From an uncultured Candidatus Saccharibacteria bacterium (GTDB lineage: Bacteria > Patescibacteriota > Minisyncoccia > Phycocordibacterales > Zambryskibacteraceae), in contig CAZRVE010000001.1 of assembly GCA_964603485.1 (NCBI GenBank), positions 42,342-98,939 on the forward strand: DNA of 56,598 nt, read 5' to 3'. A program made the translations under genes and the position numbers. Positions 18,159 through 27,571 of this stretch are shown piece after piece (the first letter of the stretch is position 1; the number at the start of each line of letters is the position of its first letter). The notes under the pieces are model-generated. The model was not told where the DNA came from. It was given only the letters and a program-made list of their open reading frames with translations, and ran no database searches.

Positions 18159-18602
18159 CTATTCCTTCTTCTTTTCAAGACATGCGAGTGTCTGAGCATG
18201 ATCCTGCGCTGGAACCGAGACACGGAGGCCCTTGGTACGGCCTCCTCTGTCGAGCACAACCTCTGCAGTCGCCACCGTGAGGCTCTCGATTGCAATAAGG
18301 TTGATTTTCCTCAACGGAAGCAGGTATACGCTAGTTACCGCACTGTCTGCCCCTGCAGTATCGGAAAGCGCCATCAATACACCTCCTTTGTGCTCTGCAT
18401 TATCGAGAGCCGCAAAGTATTGCCCACATCGTCGCCTACCAAGAAGGCGCATTCCCGTACCCCATTTCCATCCACCTTTGTCTATCCGAACCAGCGGTAC
18501 TGGACTTAACGTAACTTCCGCGACCGCAGTGTCAGCACTCTGTCCTGATACCCTTGCAAGAGGTGTCACAAACAAAATGCAGATAAGTATTCCTCGATAC
18601 AT
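18159..18602 (-). CDS. Hypothetical secreted protein (signal peptide), G+C-rich
   Basis: 147 aa with N-terminal signal-like segment. Codon usage G+C-biased unlike neighbours. Confidence 0.45.
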   Translation of the reverse strand: MYRGILICILFVTPLARVSGQSADTAVAEVTLSPVPLVRIDKGGWKWGTGMRLLGRRRCGQYFAALDNAEHKGGVLMALSDTAGADSAVTSVYLLPLRKINLIAIESLTVATAEVVLDRGGRTKGLRVSVPAQDHAQTLACLEKKKE

Positions 18603-18702
18603 GTTTTCTCCTCAGGAAGAAGAATGAGCTGTCTAAGCCATTGATATCACGCTATTTAGTTTTTGGAAAGAAAAACCCCAGTAATACTCGCTGGGGGTTT
18701 TC

Positions 18703-18789
18703 GTTGGTGCGTAGGGAGGGATTTGAACCCCCGTAGGCATATAGCCGGTAGATTTACAGTCTACTGCGATTGACCACTCCGCCACCTAC
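18703..18789 (-). tRNA. tRNA-Tyr (anticodon GTA), long variable arm, encoded CCA
   Basis: Reverse complement folds: acceptor gcgtagg/cctacgc, anticodon loop ctGTAaa, T-loop TTCAAAT, CCA end. Confidence 0.8.
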
Positions 18790-19160
18790 GCAATTATATA
18801 TTTCTTATACTTCGGATGTTCGATGCTGATCTCATTACGACAATCAGTCTCATTCCATGGTATCAGATACTTTTCCTTTTTCTGTGTAAAAACAAACAGC
18901 AGATTAAATGCATCTGTCTTATATTTACGAGAATAATTAAAAGATTGATTTCCCCCAGTAATCCTCAAACCAACCTTACATTCCCCATCGCTATATAAGC
19001 CAGCGAATTTTACTTGAACCTTTTCTAAAAGTCCATTTTTCTCAACCACCAAATCGTAGTCGCGCTTACCACCAATAGGAAGTAAAACCTCATAACCACA
19101 AGATAAGAAATGGGCGATAGCTTGCCCAACGGCCAAGTCTCCTTTTTGCTTTGTTTTCAC
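18786..19160 (-). CDS. PD-(D/E)xK nuclease-fold-like small protein (YraN/Hjc-like pattern, acidic residues partly replaced by Gln)
   Basis: 124 aa. KGDLAVGQAIAHFLSCGYEVLLPIGGKRDYDLVVEKNGLLEKVQVK fits the G..aE..A..L...GY.v..rn....GEiDLV......VEVK scaffold from memory, but with Q in place of the two Glu. Stop overlaps tRNA-Tyr 5' end. Confidence 0.4.
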   Translation of the reverse strand: MKTKQKGDLAVGQAIAHFLSCGYEVLLPIGGKRDYDLVVEKNGLLEKVQVKFAGLYSDGECKVGLRITGGNQSFNYSRKYKTDAFNLLFVFTQKKEKYLIPWNETDCRNEISIEHPKYKKYIIA

Positions 19161-19205
19161 AGGCTACATTATAACAGACCAATAGTCTGCTGTAATACAG
19201 ATTTG

Positions 19206-21902
19206 TTACTTCTTAAGAGTCTGCTTTGAATCGAGCATGCTCTCAGTCCAAAGACTTCCCTTTCTTCCCTTCTTCACTTCGAAGGTAAATTCACCACTCT
19301 TTAAGCCCACAGTAATAGTACCTCCCTTAGAAACCCCTTTTGAAATCATGAGAGACGCCACTGGAGTGAGGATCTTATTTTGAATAAGGCGCTTAAGTGG
19401 TCGGGCACCATACTGAGGGTTGTATCCTTCTTGAGAAAGGCGCTCGAGCACTTGTGGAGTAATGTCGAGAGTAATTTCTTTCTGCGAAAGACGCTCTTTC
19501 ACAAGATCTACTTGAATCTTCACAATTTCCTTTACCGCTTCCGGAGAAAGAATATTGAAGAGGATGATATCATCGAGTCGGTTTAGGAATTCTGGTCGGA
19601 AATGCTCTTTTACCGCTTCCATTACTTTTTCTTTTGCGTCTTCATAACCACCCTGGGCCTGCTTATCTTGAGCAAATCCAATCTTCTCCATCTTGTCGAT
19701 ATATTGCGCTCCGATATTTGAAGTGAGGATGATGACAGAATTTTTAAAATTCACCACACGACCCTTTGCATCAGTAAGACGACCATTATCAAGAACCTGA
19801 AGAAGGATATTGAATACCTCAGGGTGAGCCTTTTCTATTTCATCAAAAAGGATTACTGCATATGGACGATGTCGGATGAGCTCGGTCAACTGACCTCCTT
19901 CATCATGTCCAACATAACCCGGTGGAGAGCCGATAAGCTTAGAAACTGAATGCTTTTCCATGAACTCAGACATGTCCACTCGAATAAGCGCTTTCTCATC
20001 ATCAAACATAAATCCAGCGAGAGCTTTTGTGAGCTCAGTTTTTCCTACGCCCGTTGGCCCGAGGAACATAAATGAACCAATCGGCCGATTCGGATCAGCG
20101 ATACCTGCGCGACTACGCTTAATGGTGTCTGAAATCTTCTGCACCGCCTCATCTTGGCCAATAATGCGACGAGTAAGAAATTCCTCCATACGAGAAAGCT
20201 TCTCTGCTTCTTCCTCAAGCATTCTGGAAACAGGAATACCTGTCCAACGAGACACGATGTCAGCAATGTCTTGCTCAACGATTTCTTCTTTCAAAATTCT
20301 GCGAGAACTTTGAAGTCGTTTTAATCTCTTCGACTTCTGATCAAGATCGCTCATAAGAGCAGGGATTTTTCCGTATCGGATCTCAGCAACGGTTGAAAGA
20401 TCGGACCGAGATTCTGCCGCTTCCGCTTCAAGGCGAAGGGTTTCGAGATCTTTTTTGATTTTCTTGAGATCACCTACTGTTTCTTTTTCATTTTTCCACT
20501 TAAGCTCTATTTCCTGAGTTTTTTCCCGAAAATCAGCAATCTCTTTTTCAATCTCTTTAATGCGTATCTTTGTCTTAGGATTCTTACTGTCAGCATGAAG
20601 CTCCTTCTTAAGTGCTTCTCGTTCAATCTCAAGCTTCATTACTTTCGCATTTGTCTCCTCTAGGATTGGTGGCATATTTTCAAGAGAAATCTTCAAATGA
20701 GAAGCCGCTTCATCAATCAAATCCACCGCTTTGTCTGGCAAGAAACGATCAGTAATGTAGCGAGAAGCAAGGTTTACTGCAGCAACAATTGCATCGTCAG
20801 TAATACGAACCCCATGATAGAGTTCATACTTTTCTTTAAGGCCTCGGAGGATTGTTACTGCATCTTCTTGAGATGGCTCGTTCACAAATACAGGCTGGAA
20901 GCGCCGTGTAAGAGCGGGATCTTTTTCAATATGCTTCTGATATTCCTTAAGAGTAGTTGCTCCAATAGCCCGAAGTTCCCCACGCGCAAGAGCTGGCTTC
21001 AACATATTTGAAGCATCAAGAGAGCCTTCCGCAGCTCCAGCACCCACAATCGTATGAATCTCGTCAATAAAGAGAATAATTTTCCCTTCTGAGCGTTCAA
21101 TTTCCTTCAAAATATTTTTAAGACGTTCTTCAAATTCCCCTCGATATTTTGTTCCCGCAATCAAAAGCCCGAGATCAAGAGATACAAGTTCTTTATCTCG
21201 AAGAGACTCTGGAACATTTCCAGAAGCCATACGAATTGCGAGCCCTTCAACAATTGCGGTCTTTCCGACGCCCGCCTCGCCAATGAGAATTGGATTATTT
21301 TTTGTTCGACGAGAAAGAATCTGGATGATGCGAGAAATTTCAAGCTCACGACCAATAACTGGATCCAACTTGTTTTGAGATGCCAGTTTTGTGAGGCTCC
21401 GGGTGTATTTGAGAAGAGATTTTAGCTTTTTTGGTTCTTTTTCTGCGTGAGTTTTTGCAGATCGTAATTCTTCAATCACGCGAAATACTGTCGCATGGTC
21501 AAGTTTGAAACGCATGAGAAGATCTTTTGCGGGACCAGGGACATCAATTGTTGAAAGAAAGAGGTGTTCAGTTGAAACAAACTCATCGCCAAGGCTTTGT
21601 GCGACTTTTGTACTTCCTTCAATAACTTGCGCAAGTTCTGGTGTAAGAAAAATCTGATAACTCGGAGTCATCGTCTGAGAGCCTTCCGTAGATTCAATTG
21701 ACTCTAGAAGAGAATCAGTAAGAAGAATGGTATCAACATCAAGCTTATCAAGAATTGATGCGACCATGCTTTCTTCCTGCATCATGAGTGCAGCAAGAAG
21801 ATGCATTGGATTCACATGATTTTGGCCCCGCTCAATGGCTAATTCATGAGCTTTTCTGATGGCCTCCTTTGCTTTTGTAGTGAATTGATTAAAGGGTGGC
21901 AT
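19206..21902 (-). CDS. clpB: Chaperone ClpB (two AAA+ modules with long coiled-coil M-domain)
   Basis: Both Walker A/B sets intact ([16 protein letters not shown]; [19 protein letters not shown]). Long coiled-coil between NBD1 and NBD2. Start at ATG 21902 with GGAG SD (track start 21920 is 6 codons longer). Confidence 0.9.
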   Translation of the reverse strand: MPPFNQFTTKAKEAIRKAHELAIERGQNHVNPMHLLAALMMQEESMVASILDKLDVDTILLTDSLLESIESTEGSQTMTPSYQIFLTPELAQVIEGSTKVAQSLGDEFVSTEHLFLSTIDVPGPAKDLLMRFKLDHATVFRVIEELRSAKTHAEKEPKKLKSLLKYTRSLTKLASQNKLDPVIGRELEISRIIQILSRRTKNNPILIGEAGVGKTAIVEGLAIRMASGNVPESLRDKELVSLDLGLLIAGTKYRGEFEERLKNILKEIERSEGKIILFIDEIHTIVGAGAAEGSLDASNMLKPALARGELRAIGATTLKEYQKHIEKDPALTRRFQPVFVNEPSQEDAVTILRGLKEKYELYHGVRITDDAIVAAVNLASRYITDRFLPDKAVDLIDEAASHLKISLENMPPILEETNAKVMKLEIEREALKKELHADSKNPKTKIRIKEIEKEIADFREKTQEIELKWKNEKETVGDLKKIKKDLETLRLEAEAAESRSDLSTVAEIRYGKIPALMSDLDQKSKRLKRLQSSRRILKEEIVEQDIADIVSRWTGIPVSRMLEEEAEKLSRMEEFLTRRIIGQDEAVQKISDTIKRSRAGIADPNRPIGSFMFLGPTGVGKTELTKALAGFMFDDEKALIRVDMSEFMEKHSVSKLIGSPPGYVGHDEGGQLTELIRHRPYAVILFDEIEKAHPEVFNILLQVLDNGRLTDAKGRVVNFKNSVIILTSNIGAQYIDKMEKIGFAQDKQAQGGYEDAKEKVMEAVKEHFRPEFLNRLDDIILFNILSPEAVKEIVKIQVDLVKERLSQKEITLDITPQVLERLSQEGYNPQYGARPLKRLIQNKILTPVASLMISKGVSKGGTITVGLKSGEFTFEVKKGRKGSLWTESMLDSKQTLKK

Positions 21903-21953
21903 GACGCTCCTAGGATACAATACTTGATTTGTTAAGTAAAGAAATCAGAAAAC

Positions 21954-22760
21954 CTACAAACCGACCTGCGAAAGAGCCTTCTGCACTAGAGAAACAGGCA
22001 AAAAACTCTGTCCTGAAGTAGCATCAAAAGATACTCTTATGCCGACAACCTCGCCAGAAAGATTCAAAAGAGGAGCGCCAATAACTAGCGGGGTTGCTTG
22101 AATATCTGTCTGAATTGAAACAATCTCCTTTGACTCCCCTTCTCCACGAGGAAGCGTAGTAATTCTGCCAATAGAAACACTATTCTTATCTCGTCCATCA
22201 AGGACGATTACAGATTGTCCTAGCTGGGCCTCCTTTGCGCCAAGCAACACTGGATTTGTTTTGAGAGGATTTTGAGCATCCTTTATGACCCTAAAGAAAG
22301 CGAACCGTCCGCTTTGATCCACTTGGACGAGCTTCATTTGATGATTCGATCCATCACCGAAAAGCGCAGAGTATGTGGTTGCTGCATTCACTCCTTCACG
22401 AACTGCTGAAACCACAAGTCCATCCTTTGAAACAAGAACACCCATCCCATAAAAAGAAGGGAGTCCGTCAGTAAGTGCAGTATCGGTTATGCGCACAATA
22501 CTATTTCCATTTTTTGCAATCGAATCAATAACTTGATCCTCCTCTTTTACCACGACAGTTACTTCTTTTATGGTTTCCTTACCGCCTGACTCTGTTGCAA
22601 CTTGCTCAATAGTTTTTTCTACCACGCGATTAATCACCTGAGTCACTCCCGGAGGAGCTTCTTGGAGAAGAGAGGTAGTGATAATTCCCGTTGCGATTGA
22701 AGTCACAAAAGAAACAAGAAGTGTCAGAAGAATAAGTTGATTTTTATTGAGATCGTCCAT
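21954..22760 (-). CDS. Membrane-anchored trypsin-like (HtrA/S1C-like) domain protein, probably catalytically inactive
   Basis: N-terminal TM. Region TDIQATPLVIGAPLLNLSGEVVGI aligns to HtrA [24 protein letters not shown] with the GNSGGP serine motif replaced. No clear His motif. Confidence 0.5.
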   Translation of the reverse strand: MDDLNKNQLILLTLLVSFVTSIATGIITTSLLQEAPPGVTQVINRVVEKTIEQVATESGGKETIKEVTVVVKEEDQVIDSIAKNGNSIVRITDTALTDGLPSFYGMGVLVSKDGLVVSAVREGVNAATTYSALFGDGSNHQMKLVQVDQSGRFAFFRVIKDAQNPLKTNPVLLGAKEAQLGQSVIVLDGRDKNSVSIGRITTLPRGEGESKEIVSIQTDIQATPLVIGAPLLNLSGEVVGIRVSFDATSGQSFLPVSLVQKALSQVGL

Positions 22761-22796
22761 GTGTATATAGTAAGAAAAAAAGCGAGTAAGAGCAAA

Positions 22797-23978
22797 TCAA
22801 AACATAATTTTTTTAAGCACGGAGACAGTAGCTTCAAGATCCTTTTTTGTAGTGCTTCTTCCTAAAGTAAATCGCACTGATGATTCCCCGCAACGAGAAT
22901 CCCCAAGTAAATCGACAACGTATGAACGAGTGTTTTCTGAAAGAGTCCTGCACGAACTCGATGCAGAAACCGCAATGCCTTTTGCATCAAAGCGCAACAC
23001 AAGCATTTCCCCCTCTTGGCCTGGAAAACAAATGTTTACATTATTTGGCAATCGATTTGAAAGTGAACCATTAAGAAGGGCCTTAGGATAAAGTTTTAAA
23101 ATTTTATTAATAAGAAAATCCCTCAGAGGAATAAGTCTTTTTGATTCTTTTAGAGCTTCTTGCTGTGCAATAAATAGAGCTTCTGCGAAAGCGTTTATCA
23201 AAGGAAGGTTTTCCGTCCCTGAACGCCTCCCATCTTCTTGACCACCACCAAGGATACGTGGAGAAATCTGAACTCCCCTTCTCACAAACAAAACCCCAAT
23301 TCCTTTTGGCCCATATATCTTAGAACCATCAAGTGTAAGTAGGTCTGCATGGAGATTCTCAACAGAAAGAGGCAGGTAGTTAGCCGCCTGACTTGCATCC
23401 ACGTGGAAATAAGGGAAATTTCCTAAGATCTTTTTTTGTTTTTTGAAAAAACGTATCGCCTTTGCAATCTCACGAATAGGTTGGATCGTGCCAATCTCAT
23501 TGTTCGCATACATGCAGGACACAAGTATTGTATTTTTTGTAAGCGCACTTGCCACATCCTCTACTCGAATAAAACCGTCTTGGTTTGGAATAAGGTAAGT
23601 TACTAATGCTCCCTGCCTCTCACACTCGCGGATAGCCTCAAGTACCGCAGGGTGCTCGAATGCAGAAGTAATAATGTGCGGTGTGCGAACCCCAAGAGAG
23701 AGTGCCGTTGCAAATGTTCCAAAAATCGCAAGATTGTCAGATTCTGTTCCGGTACCTGTAAACACAATTTCGTCCACATGAGCCTGAAGAGTCATTGCAA
23801 TCTTCTTTCGCGCTTCTTCAATCGCCTTCTGCACAAAAATACCCTCTTTATAAAGCGCAGACGGATTTGCAAATGTATGCACGAGAAAAGACGTGAGCTT
23901 TCTTAACACCCGCGGATCAATAGGAGTTGTACTTGCATGATCGAGAAAAATTCTCTTGCTCATTTTCAGTCTTTTCAT
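22797..23978 (-). CDS. Cysteine desulfurase (class V aminotransferase, IscS/NifS-like)
   Basis: PLP-lysine context DGSKIYGPKGIGVLFVR. Conserved C-terminal Cys region. Confidence 0.85.
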   Translation of the reverse strand: MKRLKMSKRIFLDHASTTPIDPRVLRKLTSFLVHTFANPSALYKEGIFVQKAIEEARKKIAMTLQAHVDEIVFTGTGTESDNLAIFGTFATALSLGVRTPHIITSAFEHPAVLEAIRECERQGALVTYLIPNQDGFIRVEDVASALTKNTILVSCMYANNEIGTIQPIREIAKAIRFFKKQKKILGNFPYFHVDASQAANYLPLSVENLHADLLTLDGSKIYGPKGIGVLFVRRGVQISPRILGGGQEDGRRSGTENLPLINAFAEALFIAQQEALKESKRLIPLRDFLINKILKLYPKALLNGSLSNRLPNNVNICFPGQEGEMLVLRFDAKGIAVSASSSCRTLSENTRSYVVDLLGDSRCGESSVRFTLGRSTTKKDLEATVSVLKKIMF

Positions 23979-24082
23979 ATCACATCAATACCATTACCAG
24001 GCGGTCCTGTAAATGGCCCCAATTGTCAATCCACTTTTTTCTTGTATAATGACAGCCTGTTTATAAGCCCTTTTCTTTCCAT

Positions 24083-24580
24083 ATGCCTTCCTTGCCTATT
24101 TTAAGCACGACGACAATGATTTACGTCCTTTTAGGACTTGTCCTCGTTTTAACAGTACTCATCATTCGGCTTGAAGCTCGACTCCGGAAACTTCTAAGGG
24201 GGCGGGATGCAAAAAGCCTTGAAGACACCATCGACGGGATTGCCAAGGAAGTTTCGCGTCTCAAAACCTTTCAGAGTGAATCCATTGAATATCTAAAAAA
24301 TATAGAGGCTCGACTCAAGCGAACTGTCCAGGCGGTAGAAACAGTTCGTTTTAACCCTTTTAAAGGAACGGGTGATGGTGGAAATCAAAGTTTTGCAACA
24401 GCGCTTTTGAACGAAAAAGGTGACGGCGTAGTCGTCTCAAGCCTCTACACTCGAGATCGTGTAAGTATATTTTCAAAACCTATAAAGAAACTCTCCTCTG
24501 AATTTGAGCTCACTCAGGAGGAGCGCCAAGCAATACAAAAAGCAAAAGAATCTCTTTCATACGAGACAAAGACCAAATGA
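24083..24580 (+). CDS. Membrane protein, DUF4446-like (recollection of RFNPF...GGNQSF signature)
   Basis: 165 aa, N-terminal TM, coiled segment, then VRFNPFKGTGDGGNQSF. 4-nt overlap with infB start. Confidence 0.45.
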   Translation: MPSLPILSTTTMIYVLLGLVLVLTVLIIRLEARLRKLLRGRDAKSLEDTIDGIAKEVSRLKTFQSESIEYLKNIEARLKRTVQAVETVRFNPFKGTGDGGNQSFATALLNEKGDGVVVSSLYTRDRVSIFSKPIKKLSSEFELTQEERQAIQKAKESLSYETKTK

Positions 24581-26079
24581 GTAACACGGATAATTCCAAA
24601 AAAATAGAACGCCCTCCAGTCATTGTGGTAATGGGCCATATTGACCACGGCAAATCAACTCTTCTCGACTACATTAGAAAATCAAACGTAGTTGCAGGGG
24701 AAGCAGGAGGTATCACTCAACACATCTCCGCATATGAAGTCACCCACGCAAAAGATGGACGTGACCATGCAATTACCTTTCTTGATACACCAGGGCACGA
24801 AGCCTTCAAAGCGATACGGAACCGGGGAGCGCGTGTTGCAGACATTGCGGTTCTTGTAGTGTCTGCAGAAGATGGAGTAAAACCTCAGACACTCGAAGCG
24901 CTCAAAGTAATTCTTGAAGCAAAAATGCCTTATGTGGTGGCCATTAACAAAATTGATAAACCCGGAGCAAATATTGATCGCACAAAACAAAACCTCGCAG
25001 AACATGATGTATTCCTTGAGGGATATGGCGGTGGAATACCGTGGACTGCAATCTCGGCAAAAGTCGGCACAGGAATTCCTGAACTTCTTGATCTTCTTAT
25101 CCTCGTATCAGAACTTGAAGAGCTCACCGCAGAAAAAGATGCGCCCGCAAGTGGTATTATTATCGAAAGTAACCTCGACACTAAAAAAGGCATATCCGCG
25201 AGTGTCATTGTAAAAAATGGAACACTAAACAAGGGTGATGTGGTGGTTTCTGGGACGAGCCTCGCACCGCTACGTATGCTAGAAAACTTTTTAGGTAAAC
25301 CCATTGAAAGCGCCACCTTCTCAAGTCCTGTACGTATTGTGGGATGGGATTCGCTCCCCGTCGTTGGCTCCCCTTTTGTTTCTGTTTCAAGCAAGAAGGA
25401 AGCACTTGCACTCATTGAAAAAGAAAAAGCATTAGGCACAAAAGAAGATAGCTCAGAGATATTCTCTGAAGATCTTACCGTGGTGCCAGTCATCGTTAAG
25501 GCAGACACCTCGGGAAGTCTCGATGCGGTTGTGTATGAAATTGGAAAGCTTCGAAACGATCGCATAGTTCCAAAAGTAGTTCTCTCTGGAATCGGACCGA
25601 TATCCGAAAATGATATTCGTGCTGCGAGCACAAATGAAAATGCGTTGATTATTGGCTTTCACACAAAGATAGACCCGAAAGCAGAGAGTCTTGCGTTAAG
25701 ATCTGGAATCACAATCTACTCGTTCGACATCATATACAAACTTACCGAGTGGCTCCTTGAAGCGCTCACAGAAAGAACTCCTTCAATCGAAGTCGAAGAA
25801 GTAATTGGCACAGCAAAAATACTCAAAATTTTTAGCAAAACCAAAGACAAGCAAATCCTCGGAGGGCGTGTCGAATCCGGAACTCTCTCGGTAAACGATT
25901 CAGTAAGAATATTTCGTCGCGACCTTGAAATCAGCCGTGGAAGAGTGCGCGAACTTCAACAGATGAAACAGAAGACCGGTTCCGTATCAGAAGGAAATGA
26001 ATTTGGGGCCATGATTGAAGCGAAATTTGAAATTGCACCAGGAGACAAAGTCACCGCGGTTACCTTAGTAAAAAAATAA
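24577..26079 (+). CDS. infB: Translation initiation factor IF-2 (short form, G-domain onward)
   Basis: [25 protein letters not shown] GTPase motifs. C-terminal beta-barrels. Confidence 0.9.
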   Translation: MSNTDNSKKIERPPVIVVMGHIDHGKSTLLDYIRKSNVVAGEAGGITQHISAYEVTHAKDGRDHAITFLDTPGHEAFKAIRNRGARVADIAVLVVSAEDGVKPQTLEALKVILEAKMPYVVAINKIDKPGANIDRTKQNLAEHDVFLEGYGGGIPWTAISAKVGTGIPELLDLLILVSELEELTAEKDAPASGIIIESNLDTKKGISASVIVKNGTLNKGDVVVSGTSLAPLRMLENFLGKPIESATFSSPVRIVGWDSLPVVGSPFVSVSSKKEALALIEKEKALGTKEDSSEIFSEDLTVVPVIVKADTSGSLDAVVYEIGKLRNDRIVPKVVLSGIGPISENDIRAASTNENALIIGFHTKIDPKAESLALRSGITIYSFDIIYKLTEWLLEALTERTPSIEVEEVIGTAKILKIFSKTKDKQILGGRVESGTLSVNDSVRIFRRDLEISRGRVRELQQMKQKTGSVSEGNEFGAMIEAKFEIAPGDKVTAVTLVKK

Positions 26080-26080
26080 G

Positions 26081-26404
26081 ATGCCGTACCGAAAAGAAAA
26101 ACTACCTGAGACTCTTCAACACCTTGCCGCAGAATGGATTGAGCGAGAATCAAACCGCACCTCGCTTGTAACGGTAACTGGCTCTCGTATTTCAGAGAGC
26201 CAAAAACATGTTACGATTCTCTTTACTGTCTTTCCTGATTCTCAGGAAGCGGCAGTACTCGACCTTCTTAAGAGACGGATGAGCGACTTCGTAGCCTTTG
26301 TTGAGAAACATGCACGAATTGGCAGAATGCCTGAGATAGAGTTCGCAATTGATCTTGGGGAGAAGAATAGACAGAGAATTGATTTCCTGTTAAAAAATGA
26401 GTAA
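26081..26404 (+). CDS. rbfA: Ribosome-binding factor A
   Basis: 107 aa. RbfA-like pattern (TSLVTVTGSRISESQKHVTILFTVF...RMPEIEFAIDL..RIDFLL). Confidence 0.75.
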   Translation: MPYRKEKLPETLQHLAAEWIERESNRTSLVTVTGSRISESQKHVTILFTVFPDSQEAAVLDLLKRRMSDFVAFVEKHARIGRMPEIEFAIDLGEKNRQRIDFLLKNE

Positions 26405-26410
26405 AATCTT

Positions 26411-26485
26411 GGCGTAGTGGCGAAGTGGTAACGCAGCGGTCTGCAAAACCGCGACGCAGGGGTTCGATTCCCCTCTACGCCTCCA
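26411..26485 (+). tRNA. tRNA-Cys (anticodon GCA), encoded CCA
   Basis: Acceptor ggcgtag/ctacgcc, anticodon loop ctGCAaa, T-loop TTCGATT, discriminator U. Confidence 0.85.
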
Positions 26486-26523
26486 TCTTAAACCGGTAAT
26501 TTCTTTTACTGGAAAAGACGAAC

Positions 26524-26608
26524 GCCCGGGTGGTGAAATGGTATACACGGAGGACTTAAAATCCTTTGCCCGTTAAAAGGCGTGTGAGTTCGAGTCTCAC
26601 CCCGGGCA
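26524..26608 (+). tRNA. tRNA-Leu (anticodon TAA), long variable arm
   Basis: Acceptor gcccggg/cccgggc, anticodon loop acTTAAaat, T-loop TTCGAGT. Confidence 0.8.
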
Positions 26609-26710
26609 CTTGGTTTTACGTTTTCAATTGTTAATATGCATCCGTAACTGTTTTGGTAGGTATACAGATCGCGTGGTAGAAATAAGGCGTAGTAGGTAAA
26701 ATTAAAATAT

Positions 26711-26783
26711 GCATCCATAGCTCAGCTGGTAGAGCAGATCCCTCTTAAGGATAAGGTCGCAGGTTCGAACCCTGCTGGGTGCA
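26711..26783 (+). tRNA. tRNA-Lys (anticodon CTT)
   Basis: Acceptor gcatcca/tgggtgc, D-arm agctcagctggtagagc, anticodon loop ctCTTaa, T-loop TTCGAAC. Partial 5' duplicate (atatgcatcc) ~60 bp upstream. Confidence 0.8.
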
Positions 26784-26869
26784 CAAGATAGAAAAATATA
26801 AACTACTTTATATTTTTCGATACTTGTGCAGGTCGGAAGCATGTCCTGCTAGAAAGCAGGACAGCTGAG

Positions 26870-27110
26870 ACAGGGTCGTGAGATTTTTCTTGTGACGACA
26901 AGAAAAATACTCCTGACCACAAGTCTTTTGTGCAGGGCGCAGTGATGTTTTTGTTTGAGCGTAGCTCAAGGCAAAAACCACGAGCCGGGGTCGCGAGATT
27001 TTTCCGTCAGGAAAAATACTTGTGACCACACATGGGGACCAAAGTCATGTTTTGTGACCACAAGACTTCTGCGCATGGTGCACTGATATGTTTATTTGAA
27101 TGTATTTTTT
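26870..27110. repeat. Two tandem ~110-120-bp units with conserved hairpins (compensatory changes) in ORF-free inter-tRNA spacer
   Basis: Unit 1 ...gggtcgtgagatttttcttgtgacgacaagaaaaatactcctgaccacaag...tgcagggcgcagtgatgtttttgtttga. Unit 2 ...ggggtcgcgagatttttccgtcaggaaaaatacttgtgaccacaag...tgcgcatggtgcactgatatgtttatttga. Stems atttttcttgt/acaagaaaaat versus atttttcc/ggaaaaat. Confidence 0.6.
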
Positions 27111-27141
27111 ATTTTTCTATATATGCTAAAGTTCTACCCAT

Positions 27142-27222
27142 GCTGGGGTGGTGAAATGGCAGACACGCTTGCCTTAGGAGCAAGTGCCGTAAGGCGTGGA
27201 GGTTCAAGTCCTCTCCCCAGCA
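27142..27222 (+). tRNA. tRNA-Leu (anticodon TAG)
   Basis: Acceptor gctgggg/ccccagc, anticodon loop ccTTAGga, variable arm, T-loop TTCAAGT. TTGAAT-N16-TATATA promoter upstream. Confidence 0.8.
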
Positions 27223-27337
27223 CACGTAGTGTGCTTGAGCAAAACAATTGATTGTTTTGCGTGAGAGGACTTGAAAACCTTGAGTATCTCGGCTTGCCGG
27301 GACGAAAGGTGTACCGCTCCCGTAGGGAGAAAGATTC

Positions 27338-27358
27338 CTCTCCCCAGCACACGTTAAA
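27338..27358 (+). repeat. Direct repeat of tRNA-Leu(TAG) 3' end (cctctccccagcacacgt), part of a degenerate pseudo-tRNA fragment (att-like scar)
   Basis: Identical 19-21 nt to 27206-27226. Preceding ~60 nt (ggcttgccggg...gggagaaagattcctctcc) is tRNA-like but does not fold. Confidence 0.6.
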
Positions 27359-27395
27359 GATGCGAATTCTTTGAACTCGCAAGTGGTCAAAAGAG

Positions 27396-27433
27396 CCGAA
27401 ACAATTTGTTGCGGTCGCAACAAATTGTTTCGG
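27396..27433. repeat. Palindrome family 1, copy B (17-bp stem, loop GGTC)
   Basis: ccgaaacaatttgttgc-ggtc-gcaacaaattgtttcgg. Core identical to copy A at 821-864. Confidence 0.8.
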
Positions 27434-27489
27434 TTTACTACTCTCGTATCTGTATTCAGAAGTATGTCTTTTTATAATATAGGTAACTT

Positions 27490-27520
27490 GACTTTTTGAT
27501 ATTTTGTGATAAAATAGTTG
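27490..27520 (+). promoter_or_regulatory. Candidate sigma70-type promoter for SPFH gene
   Basis: TTGACT-N16-TAAAAT. Confidence 0.4.
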
Positions 27521-27571
27521 CAGAGATCCTTTTCATCACTACTCCTCTCGTACTCCCTACCGGAGAACCTC

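Noticed and set aside
24930-25631. 233-aa minus-strand ORF inside infB
   Set aside because: Ser/Thr-rich shadow ORF entirely within the well-supported IF-2 coding frame.
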